A stretch of DNA of 63,428 nucleotides, the filler included, from Jimgerdemannia flammicorona (lineage: Eukaryota), in NCBI GenBank assembly GCA_003990765.1. It is 3 parts of 3 records of this genome, joined end to end, with 100 filler letters (N's around TTAATTAATTAA, not from the genome) between each part and the next. Parts side by side here need not be neighbours in the genome. Positions count along the whole stretch, not along the records: positions 42,357 to 63,428 come from RBNJ01001542.1; 2 more parts are not named here. One strand, written 5' to 3'. Below, in pieces: positions 52,331-63,428 of the stretch. The notes under the pieces are model-generated. The model did not search any database, was not told where the DNA came from, and was given only the letters and a program-made list of their open reading frames with translations. A program made the translations under genes and the position numbers. Each line of letters opens with the position of its first letter. Within the stretch, counting starts at the first letter, position 1.

Positions 52331-52371
52331 GATATTTCTTGAGTCAGTTTCAATGAATGGTGGTGGGGATT

Positions 52372-55300
52372 ATTGTACCTGAGGGTTTTCGTGGCCAAAA
52401 GGTAGTTCCTTTTATATCTTGCACAAGGTAAGGTCCTTTCCACTTGGGCTTCAGTTTTCATGACCATGAAGCTTCAACTATATTCCAATATACCAGGACT
52501 TTGTCTCCTATCTTGATAATCTCTAAGGGTTTGTGGGTCTTTTCTGCATTCCTCCATTGTAGTGTCTGCACCTTCATTATGTAATCCTCAGCCTTCTTCC
52601 TGATTTGGTATAGTCTCCATATTTCTATGTCCACATGTTTCCATACAGCATCTCCATTGGATGACAAGGTTCCCTGAGAACATTCTTCTCCGAACAGCAT
52701 TTCTCGAGGGGTAAAGTGGGTACTTTGTAATCAGATATCCCAGAGAGCAGATAATGCTATTGGTAGATAGTGATCCCAGTTCTCGTAGCTATCGCAGATC
52801 TTGGTAATAATGTTCTTGAGGGTTTTGTTAGTCCTTTCTACTTGTCCGTTTCCTTGAGAGGGATATACTGTGGTCCGAATATGCTGGATCTTGTACTTCT
52901 TGTAGAGAACTTCGAAGAACTGGTTCACGAATTCTGTTCCTCTGTCTGTAGTTACTTGTGTTGGGGTCTTGAACTGGCAGATGATTTCCTTGTGGAAGAA
53001 ATCGGTGATTGACTGTGCATTGGCTTCCATAAGGGGTCCTGCTTCTATCCATTTTATAAAGAGGTCTACGATGATGATGATGTATCAGTTGTCAGTCAAA
53101 GTCAAGGGTAGGGGGCCGATTATATCTATTGCAATGTGGGCGAATGATACTGGTTCTATGTGTGCTGATCCTGGGGCTTGATTTCATTAGTCTTGTTTCT
53201 GGCATTTGTTGCAGGTCTTGATGAATTGTCTAATATCTTCCTCCATCCCTAGCCACCATATTGTTCTCCTTACCTTGTCATATGTATTTGTTCCTCCTAG
53301 ATGGCCAAGTTCATGTACGGATTTCATCGCTTGCTTCTTCTTGTGTTCTGGTATAACTAGTAGTTTTTCTTTCTTCAGTGTTTCTCTGTCAGTTTCGAAT
53401 TGTTTCCATATTCTGTTGATAATCATTTGTGTCCATTCCTCCAGATGTTGGGGCATCTTTCACTATCCCAGGTATGTGATAATTCCATAGTAGAGCTCCT
53501 TATTCATGGTGATTTTGTGGGGGTGGAGTCCTTCGGGGTGTCCATGAGAGGGCATCTGCATTGGTACTGGTTCTTCCAGAGTGATGTATGATGGTTACAT
53601 CATAAGCTTGCAACTTCATTATCCATCTGGCATAGATTCCTTTGGGTTGTCCAGTTATCAGTAGCCAGGTAAGAGCTGAGTGGTCTGTTTGGATGGTGAA
53701 GTGTCTTCTAGCCAAGTAGTAGTGGAACTTTTCTACAGCCCAGATGACTGCGAGGCATTCCAACTTATAGGATTCGTATTCTTTTTCAGCTCCTCGGGTT
53801 CCGCGGCTGAGGTATGTAATGACATACTCCACTTTATCTTTCTTTTGAGCTAGGACTGCTCTTAGTCCTTGTGTGCTTGCATCAGTCTGTAGGATGAACT
53901 CTTGAGTCCAGTCAGGTCTTCTGAGGATGGGTGCCTGGGTCAGTCTGACCTTGAGTTCGTCAAATGCTTTTTGTTGTTTGCCAGTCCACTGGAACTTGGT
54001 ATCCTTCTTGTTAAGTTCATAGATTGGTCCCGCGATATTAGAAAATCCTCTAATAAATCTGCGATAATAGGAGGCGAGTCCCATGAAGGCTTGGGCTTCC
54101 GTATCAATGGTGGGTCTTGGATATGCTACCACTGCTTGTATCTTGAGGGGGTCTGTGTGTGTTCCATTTCAGTTGATAATGTGGCTGAGATAGAAGATCT
54201 CGATTTCTGCGAACTTGCACTTCTTGGGTTTGATGTAAAGGCCATGTTGTCTTAGTCTCTCCATTATCTGCTGTATGTGCTGCAGATGTTCCTCAGGTGT
54301 CTTGCTGTAGATGATTACATCATTGACGTAGACCATCATCCATCTTCCCATGTCATAGCGGAAGATTTTGTTCATCATTTGCTGGAAACTTGCTGGTGCA
54401 TTGCACATTTCAAATGGCATTCATAGGTAGACGTAGGTTCCATCTGGAGTGATGAAGGCTGACTTTTCACTTGCTGTGTCTGTGAGTCCGATTTGGTGGA
54501 ATCCTGAGTATAAGTCCAAGGTACTGTAGTATTGTGCTTTGTCTCCCAGTGTTATGAGGATGTTATTGATGAGGGGCAGTGGTTGGCGATCCTTCTTGGT
54601 AACCATGTTGAGTTTTCTGTATTCAACACAGAGTCTTGGGGTGAATTCTTCAGGCTTGCTACCTTTTTTCGGGGCCAGTACAACAGGTGAGGACCAGGGG
54701 CTACTTGCTTCTTTAATGATGCCAGCTTCTTTCATCTGCTTGATTTCTTCTCTAAGCCATTCTCGGTAGGCTGGCGGAACAGGTCTTGCCTTCTGATAAA
54801 TTGGTTCAGTATCTCCAGTGTCTACTTCATGATAGTAGTGTGGAGTCTTTCCCTTGATATCCTTGAAATCTGTGGCAAGGACATCTTTGAATTTGTGGAG
54901 TATTTTCTCGAGTTCTTTCTTGAGTGGAAATTCATTTCCAATGGTGTAGCTATGCTTGCTTGTGTTTTCCTCCTTCTTATACTTGAGTTCGGTGATCTTA
55001 GTGTTAGCAAATACTCCTCTTCCTGTGGATCCAAATCCTTTCTTTCCTCTTCTTGTATCCTCCAGCTTCTTGACTTCTATGATCTTTGGTTGTAGGATCG
55101 GAAAGATCAACATTTGCACCAATCAGTCCTTCTTCTTAACTGGAAATGGGATTGTAGAATTGTGATTCCTAGCAATGAGTAGAATTTCTCCAATATAGTC
55201 TGAATCGATGACTCCTCCTTCAATTGTAATTTTGCTTCTAGCCAGGCTGCTTCTTGTCTTGAGAATCCCAACATGATCCTTTGGGATGGTCATCTCCAAT

Positions 55301-57491
55301 CCGGTTATAAGTAGGGTGGTTGTCTGGGGTTCCAGTATAGTCTCTTCTACTGTAGCAATGTCCATTCCAGCTGCATTTTCTGACTTGTATTCTGGCAAGA
55401 CTGCATCAGGGTGGATCTTTCAGATCTTGACCTTGATTTCTTCTTCATCATCACTATCCTTCAGGAGAGCTGGTAGTTTGTCATCTTCCTCCTTCTCTTC
55501 TTCCCTGATCTGTTTTTCAAGAGCTTTCTGCCTTCTTTCCTGGTGAATCTTCCTGATTCCGATGGTGCACTGGTAGCAATCATTGACGTGCTCCATGCAG
55601 TACATCTTGATCTCATGAGGACAGACTCCTTGTTGGGCATAACCTTCTGTGATCTTCTTACACCATTCTTCTTCACTCATCCATCCGACTTTCTTCTTCT
55701 TTGGAGTGGTCACCATATAAGCTTCCTCTTGCTCACTCTCTTCTTCCTCTATGTCAGGCAGAACTTCTTTGTTGACATTGATGGGAATTCATATCTTCTG
55801 TCCCTGGTAGGTGATCTGCATCTTCTGGACATTGAGGTCAATTACTGCCTTGGCTTTGTGAAGCCATTGGTTGCTGATGAGGATGTCATAGTTGGTGGTG
55901 TTGGTTACAATTACATCTACTGGGATGGTTGCTCCTCCAATCTTGATGGGAACATCTCGGATCTTTCCTAGAGGTGTGGCTCTTGTGCCATCAGCTGTGA
56001 CAAATACCAGCTTAGTTGCTTCTTCCACATCCCAACCTAGGCGGTCTGCTGTCTTCTTGCTGAGGAGACATCCTCCTGCTCCTATATCAATGATGGCCTC
56101 AAAGATTCTATCTTCGATTTGGCATGTGGCATAAGCAGAGGTTTTGCAATTGTTCTCACTTTCTTCTCCTGAGTCCTCTTGAGTATTATTGGCCTCGGTT
56201 ATCTTCCATCTCTGTTCCTTAGTTGTTTTGGCAAGTCCAAACCTCATTTGCTGTCTGAATGTTGGGATTTCTGTGAGCTGACCAAAGGTTGCATTGACCT
56301 TTTATTGGCTGAGGTCCTTGAAGATATCATACTTGAAGGTCTTGGTCTTGCGAAGCTTCTTCTCTTTTTCTCCTTTACTGGCTAGGGTGGTTCCTCAGAT
56401 GATATCTTGAACTGCTTGCTCCAGCTCTGTATCTTGGTCCATCTCTTTGGCTTGGCTTTCCATGGCAGTTTCCATCTGCTTTTCCACTGGGTTCTTCTTG
56501 GGTCTTCCTGGTGGTCTCTTGTAGGGTTCTTTGCGAGCATCCTTCTTAGTGGTCTGAGCAGGGTAGGCCTCCCATTCTTCTTCATCAGAATCTCCAATCT
56601 CCTTGAAGGTGATTGTATTGGCCTGCTTCTTGTTTTGTGTGGCATTGCTTGGTTGAGCCTTACACTTGGTTTTGCTCATGCATTTATAGGAGTAGTGGCC
56701 TTCTTCTCCATAAGTATAGCAGGTGCCTTTCTTCTTGTCTGAGGTGGCAGCAAACTTCTGGACAGGGTGGTGGTCTCTTCCTCGAATTTCCTTTACTACA
56801 TCTCCTAGGTGGGTGATCATTTCGGCAAACCTTTTGGCGAGTTTCTCCATAGGGTCACTGTTCTTTTGCTGCTCTGTAGCTTTTAGCTGAGGTGTGTTTC
56901 AATTGATCATTGTGGTAGGGATCACACTGGTTGCCTTGGGTGCCTTGATTCTGACTCCTGTAATCCTTTCCATTGTATGGTCTTGTGGGTGTCTGGCTAT
57001 CCAATATCGCTGAGCATAGGTGACCTTTTGTGGCAGATCCAGAATTACTGGTGATGAGCAGATGGCCATGGCTATTTCTGGGTGGACTCCTTTCATAAAG
57101 GTTGCCTCGGCTACTTGGTCTTGGATAGAGCAGCATAATCTGCAAGAATTATCTGATATCGAATTCTGGTATAGAATGTGTTTGGATCCTCACTCATTCC
57201 TTGGCATGTTGTGTTGAGCTGATCCTTCAGGGCTTGCTTGATCTCATCTGTGTAATATGTGTTTCAGAGCCAGGTCTTCTGTGCCATCAGTATAGCATTG
57301 GCATCATTTCCTGCATGGGTTGTAGCTATAAATGCTGCTCTGGCAGGACCTTGTAGGCTGAAGGGCATGAGGGCCACTTGCTGTACTGCTGTCAGGGTCC
57401 TTATAGCGGCATACTGCTCGAAATCATCAATGAAGGTGATGATTGATTTGTCTGAGGTATATCCGTGGAATACTGGTGGTCTCATATCCAT
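52372..57491 (-). pseudogene. Gypsy B gag-pol; largely one frame, broken by stops
   Basis: CYT(Y)GEEGHYSYKC; AIIDIGAG; AAGMD/RSSLA/GGVIDSDYIGEI/RGKKGFGSTG; LDLYSGFHQ and YV(N)DVIIYS; LQTDAS; TDRGTEF and GNGQVERTN; WKGPY. Confidence 0.95.
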
Positions 57492-59515
57492 CTTGTCTGG
57501 GTATTGGGGCTCGGTTTGTATGGTGGTGGTTGTTCGTTGTTCAGCTTGAAAGTGAGGGATTCATCTTGAATCACCAGCCAATGGGCACCAAGTTGTAATG
57601 TAGCAGACACTTACTCTTGAAAGTACATCAGATTTCTGTATCTTGAAAACTTGACTGTTCTGACTCTCGCAGAGTCTCTTGAAGTGGCAGGGGAGGGTGG
57701 GTGAGTTTGAAGTATATCTGCCCACAGGCTTACTAGTTCCTTTGCTATCTCTTTGCTTTGAACTATTTCGATCTGAGGTTTATTCACTCAAAGATACTGG
57801 GTTATTTATACAAGTTTGCTAGCTATGAGATGGCTACTGAGTTATGCAGCTAAATTATGAGTCATTTGGACTTTGTCGAAACATTTGGACAATGTCTAAA
57901 TGCTATACTAAATCGGAGTATCTGATTTGGATAATGTTTAAGAATTTAGACAATGTCGAAATCGAGGACTGCTAACTATAAGGCTATACTACTTTGGGAA
58001 TGGGTGCGATCAAGTGTCTATTCCCTATTTCCTTCTTCCAAATCTGGCTGTACTGTCACAATATATAGTATAATATATAGTATTTAAGTAGTTCTTCTAA
58101 TTGTTCAGAGAGTTATAGTCTTAGACTATATTGGTAGTATTTTGGAGATTTGTTCTGAGTTCCTATATGATATTATCGATAGAATATTCTTTTTATTTAA
58201 CTATATATTCAGAGTAGTTCTTGGGTCCACATTTATTTAACTTTGTATTTCTCATAATCATTAATAGTAATAAATATATATGGTTTTTTAATTTAATTAA
58301 AAAATAACTTATTATCATTATCATTATATTGCTTAAGATATTGAATAATGAAGACAAAATGAATCTTAATAGTATCTGATAAGACTAGTTTGTAGAATAT
58401 TAGAGAAATATGAATAAATTTACTATTTGGCTTTGTAAAGAGTCTATACTTAAAGTTATTAACTCAGTATTCTTATATATCTAGTAGGATTTTTTTTTTA
58501 CAAATATTAAAGAATTCTTTTCATTAGTACTAATTAATATACTAAAATTATTGATTTAAGCTTAAGATAGATTTTCATTTGCAATTTGGCTCAAGTTGTA
58601 TGTAGAGAGTTTATTAATAGTTTTGATCAGAGTTAGAGGGGTGTTCAGATTTTGTTCTATGTTAGCAAAGAATGGGGTCATTCTAAGAAAAACTTGATTA
58701 CTATTAATATAGATAAACTCAATCGTAATAATTATTTATCAAAAAAAAAATTTAGTTTATTTTTTTAGTTTGGCTATTAGTTTCAGAGTAAAAAGCAGTA
58801 AAGAATACTAGTTTCATTCTAAGGTATGCAAGTAGGGCTTTCCAGATATAACTGGTGAATTTCAGATCTTAGTTATAAATAATAATCTTAGAGAGATCAT
58901 GATATATAATAGAAGATATTATTGAATAGGAGAGTAGCAATTTTAGATACTATTGTGATTATAGTAGTAGATATAAAGTAGGTTTGTTTGATAATATATT
59001 CTTTGAGATAATAATTATATTTTTCTTATTATTGATTTGAGATAACAGTATAATGAAGTTCATAGAGATTTATTTCCAATTAGTAGAGAATACTGAAATA
59101 GAGTAGAGTAATCTGAGTTTTGTTAAAGTTGAAGACTTGTTATACTATATTCTAAGAAGTGATATAGATTTTTAATTGATCTGACATTTGAGATCAATAG
59201 AGATTTTAGGAGATAATTTTATAGTATTTGTCAAATTTTAGATATCTAGCTATAGGGACATTATAGTATATAATGTAACGGTGATCCCAGAATGATGACA
59301 TCAGCACAGGAGACAGCCTTTCCTTATAAGCCACCAGATCAGAGCACAAGAAGATCATATGGAATATGAGATAAGCAATGATGACCAACTGTAAGTCATT
59401 GTGACCATAGCATAAGTATTCTGAAGAATATAAAAGAAGAATCAAGGAACTACAGTAGCAGTAACCAACAAGAACCACCAATCCCAAAATAGCTCAAAGA
59501 CTTACCACAAACAAA

Positions 59516-60316
59516 ATGCCTGCTGCCTGCCAAATCTCAAGGTCAAGGAATCATCAAGGTATCTTGATCAAGGAAAGGATGTTCCAAGACATCAGAAGAG
59601 CTATGAGGACCCACTCAAGAAGGACTCCTAGTGTCAACCTGGGTACTACAGACCCTTATCACTTTATTCTCTACTGCTGCGAAATGGAAACAAGGATCAC
59701 CATTGCTACCGAATGCCTCCAAATGTGACAGGAGTATGAAATAGAAAACCTCCTCTGCTGGGAATTCCCACAGACCAGCACCCAAGAGCTACAAGATACC
59801 ACTCCCATGAATATACGTGAAATAAGGACAGCTAGGAAGATCCCTCAAATCTTCAGGCATGTACCATAGTTGATCCCCAACTTGAAGTATGTTAGAGTCT
59901 CAGATTTCAGAGACCTATCATTCCACCATATCAATGCACTAGAAGCCAGGGTGGCTACAGAAGCCCAGTCCACTATCACTCTCAACAGCGAAGAAGTAGA
60001 AGACTTCTGGCACCCTATCCTCCAGGACAACCCAGATCAATTCTTGCAAGGATTGATCTCAGTATTCTAAGGCCCAAGCATCCAGATTAGATCTTCCCAA
60101 GACCCCACATTTGTTCCTTATTTTGTGGAAGAGAACCTCATAGACTGGAGAGCTCCAGACCTTGTCCCCAATTTCCCTGCCACAGCCAAATGTGATGACA
60201 TCATTGATGACATCATTCCATGTAACATTGAAGTATGTGAAAATGATGAATTTGTGGATCTCATCTCCTTCAGTGATGATGATGAAGCCCCCATAATTCT
60301 GAACTTTCTGCTCTAA
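59516..60316 (+). pseudogene. Accessory ORF inside the putative LTR of Gypsy B2 (267 codons, three in-frame stops)
   Basis: ORF-track pieces 59516, 59870 and 60125 share one frame, and the stops are single C>T derivable. Contains IRTARKIPQIFRHVP*LIPNLKYVRVSDF. Confidence 0.75.
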
Positions 60317-60883
60317 GTTCTTTGTTATACTGGATAATGCCAGCACCAGTATTCTCATGTAACACTAGATAATACCAGCACTAGCATTTTGAGGTGACGC
60401 GAAATTGTTCCAGTACTGGTATTTTGATGTGATACTAAATAATGCCAGCCCTGGAACTTAGTAGTTTTAGTTATTGAAATTTATATTTAGCTTTATATCT
60501 TAGCAACTATTGAATTATATTTTGTATAAATACCTCTCTTATTTTCTCTGAAATAAAGTCAGTCTTCTCAGTACAATATATACACTTCCTTGCAAGCAAT
60601 CTAAGAGATAATAAGACAGTTAAAGATAAGAAGTTTGAGGACTATAAGACCTTGGGAAGGCACTCCAATAAGAACTTACTTATAACAAACTTGAGTTAGT
60701 CTAAGAGATATACCTTGAAGAGAATCTGGTATATTTGAAGGACTCAGTGACCACTACATGACAACTTGGTGCCCATTGGCTGGTGATTTATGACAAATCC
60801 CTCAGTTTCAAGCTGAAAAACGAACAACCCCCATAATAACTACCCTGACTACAAGAGTCACCCCTGCAAGAATTCAAGACAAG

Positions 60884-63428
60884 ATGGAAATGTGCCCCCC
60901 CACATTCTATGGATATACTACTGAAGAGTTAATCCTGACCTTTATTGAAGACTTTGAACATTTTACCACCATACAAGCCATTGGTGTAGATGCTCAATTG
61001 GCCCTTCTACCAGTCAGCCTCAGAGGACCTGCCAGAAATAAGTTTAATGCAGCCACCATTGCTGGTACAGATGCAGTCAAACTTGCCAACATGAAGACCT
61101 TCCTCAGAACAACATATTATATCGAAGAGATCAAGCAAGCTCTCAAGGATCAACTCAATACTATCTGCCAGGGACTTAGTGAAGATCCCAACTCATTCAA
61201 TACCCGAATCTGCCATCAGATTGTCTTGGCTGGCTATGATGATGCCCTCAAGGAACAAATAGCAGATTCAACCTTCCTTAAAGGAGTTCACCCTGAAATT
61301 ACCCTAGCAATTCAGTCTACCCCAGCTGTACTGATCCTTGATCAGAAAGTGGTCTTTACACAGAGATATTGGACTGCCAGATACCCTGCTGAACACTCAA
61401 TGGAGAAAATAACTGGCATAAAGATGGAGCCATCAAAGCCAACTAGTATCTTACCTGCCACAGTTGTAAACAGACAACCAACCCCACCTACCCCCAAGAC
61501 AGCTAAAGCTGACCCAGTGGAAGAACCTGCCAAGCAGTTCGCTGAGATGACTGCACACCTTGGTGATGTTGTTAGAGAAGTCTGAAGTGCCAACAGGAGA
61601 CTAGTGCAGAGATTTGCAGCTGCTACAGAAGAATGCAATATCACATGTTTCAGATGTGGAGAAGAAGGCCACTATGCAAAGAGTTGCATGACTGAAACAA
61701 GACACAAAGCCCAACCAAGCAATACTAGCAGAACTAGAGAACAAACTAATACAGTAGTCATTGAGGAGATCAGTGATACTAATGATGAAGAATACTATGA
61801 GGAGCTCAAATTCTACCCTGCTACTGAAGGTACCAGCACCCAGTCCAAGCCCTATAACAAGAAGAGCAACAGCAAGCCAGTTGGAAGACCAAAAAAGACT
61901 CCAGCTGTCACTATTCAAAGTAAGACCCAATATGAGGAGATTGATCAAGACATGGAGTTAGATGAGGCTGCCTGCCAAAATATCAAAGGTACTACTCCAG
62001 TCTCAGGAGAAAGTGAGAGCAAGAAGGAACAGAAGCTGCATAAGACTAAGATCCACCAGTATGATATCTACAAGGACCTCAAGGAACAGAAGGTCAATGC
62101 CACTTTTGGGCAGCTAGCTGAAGTCCCTGCCTTCAGACAGCAGTTGAGAGTAGGACTTACAACTACTGTCAAGAATCAAGAGTACAAGATTGTAGAAGCT
62201 CACAATGCACAAGAAGAATCTGAGAACTCAGGTGAAGAATCCGAAGACCAGCACAAGACATCAGCCTATACCCTCTGTCAGATCGAAGACTGTATCTTTG
62301 ATGCCATCATGATACTAGTGCCAGAGGATGCCTCATGAGTAAGAAGGCAATTGACCACCTAGGTTGGGATATTGAAGAGTCCACCAAGATGGTCTATGTC
62401 ACAGCAGATGGTACACAAGCTACCCCCCTTGGCAAAATCCAAGAAGTCCCCATCAAAATAGGAGGAGCTACCATCTCAGTAGATGTGATTGCTACAAGTG
62501 CCACCAACTATGACATCCTCATTGGCAACCAATGGCTTCACAAGGCCAAGGCCATCATTGACCTCAATGTCCAGAAGATGCAGATCAACTACAGAGGAAG
62601 AAAGATACGAGTTTCTATCAATGTCCACAAAGGAGTCCTGCCAGACATGGAGGAAGGAGATAAAGAAGACACAGAGGTCTTCATGTACTTGGTGAACAAG
62701 AATAAGAACAAGACACCCAAGCTCACAGATGAGCAGTGGTATAACAAGATCATCGATGGGTATGCCCCTCAAGGAAGATGCCCCCATGGTACTAGAATGT
62801 ACTGCTCTGAACACCTGAATGACTGCTGGTCCTATATCAGCGAAGTCAGGAAAATCTGCCAATGGAAATACAAGCAAGAAGCTACCGAAGCAAAAAGAAA
62901 AGCTGAAGAAGATGACCAGCCCCCAGAGCTTCAAGCTGACAGTGACAATGAGGAGGAACAAGAATCAGACATTACCCTCAAGGTCAAGAAGTTTTACCCT
63001 GAAGCCAAGATCCCAGAATACAAGATTGAAGGAGCCATAGGAATGGACCTTGCCAGCATTCAAGATGCTACCCTCGAACCACAGACCACCACCCTACTTG
63101 GCACTGGAATTAGAGTCAAGTTACCAGAAAACTATGCCAGAATTATCAAGACCAGGAGCAGTCTGGCCAAAAGTGAAATCTCAGTTGAAGGAGGAGTAAT
63201 TGACCCTGATTACACTGGTGAGATTTTTCTTATAGTCAGAAATCACAACCACATCACCCCCTTCAAAGTCAAGAAGCATGACAGGATTGGCCAGATGCTG
63301 ATCCACGAAATCAAGAAGCCCAAGATCATAGAGGCCACTGAACTTATCAAGACCAAGAGAGGAGAACAAGGCTTTGGATCTACTGGAAGAGGATCCTATG
63401 CTACCACCAAGATTACCGAACTTGAGCA
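60884..63428 (+). pseudogene. Gypsy B2 gag-PR-dUTPase (partial)
   Basis: Gag homologous to B; CFRCGEEGHYAKSC ~61646; frameshifted protease AI(I)DTSA ~62305; dUTPase GMDL, TRSSLA, GGVIDPDYTGEI, DRIGQ, RGEQGFGSTG at 62975-63390. Confidence 0.93.

Larger units (their letters stand above)
51376..58060 (-). mobile_element. Ty3/Gypsy 'B', full length; order gag-PR-(Cys/His)-dUTPase-RT-RH-IN plus an extra 3' ORF
   Basis: 5' LTR 57594-58060 and 3' LTR 51376-51831 (TG...CA). 4-bp TSD ATAT. PBS TGGTGCCCATTGGC 57577-57590; PPT ~51832-51842. Confidence 0.96.
59274..63428 (+). mobile_element. Ty3/Gypsy 'B2', a relative of B, truncated by the window end; putative ~1.5-kb 5' LTR 59274-60763
   Basis: Abrupt TGTAAC start after an AT-rich flank; TATAAATA 60525; AATAAA 60552; ...TGACA 60763 followed by the same PBS as B; gag from 60884. 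Confidence 0.88.

Overview
Eukaryotic, almost certainly fungal DNA (GT-AG introns, a Zn-cluster-like ORF, a TPR pseudogene, a chromovirus; an early-diverging Mucoromycota-type origin is only a guess). The window is three contigs (21083, 21073 and 21072 bp) joined by artificial 100-bp N44-TTAATTAATTAA-N44 linkers, so there is no synteny across 21084-21183 or 42257-42356. About 85% is nested, decayed transposable elements carrying a strong C>T/G>A signature (CpG loss plus RIP-like CpA/TpG changes). These are: three 5'-complete copies and two fragments of one L1/Tx1-like LINE family, four Ty3/Gypsy elements that all encode a dUTPase (in two different polyprotein positions), one Copia, one intron-containing hAT transposon with a second ORF, and smaller insertions. 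Most novel observation: a shared, uncharacterised accessory protein appears three times with Gypsy/LTR sequence, once between integrase and the 3' LTR (51869-52330) and twice apparently inside long LTRs upstream of the TATA box (59516-60316; 36977-38029). All translations and alignments were done by eye; no database searches were run.
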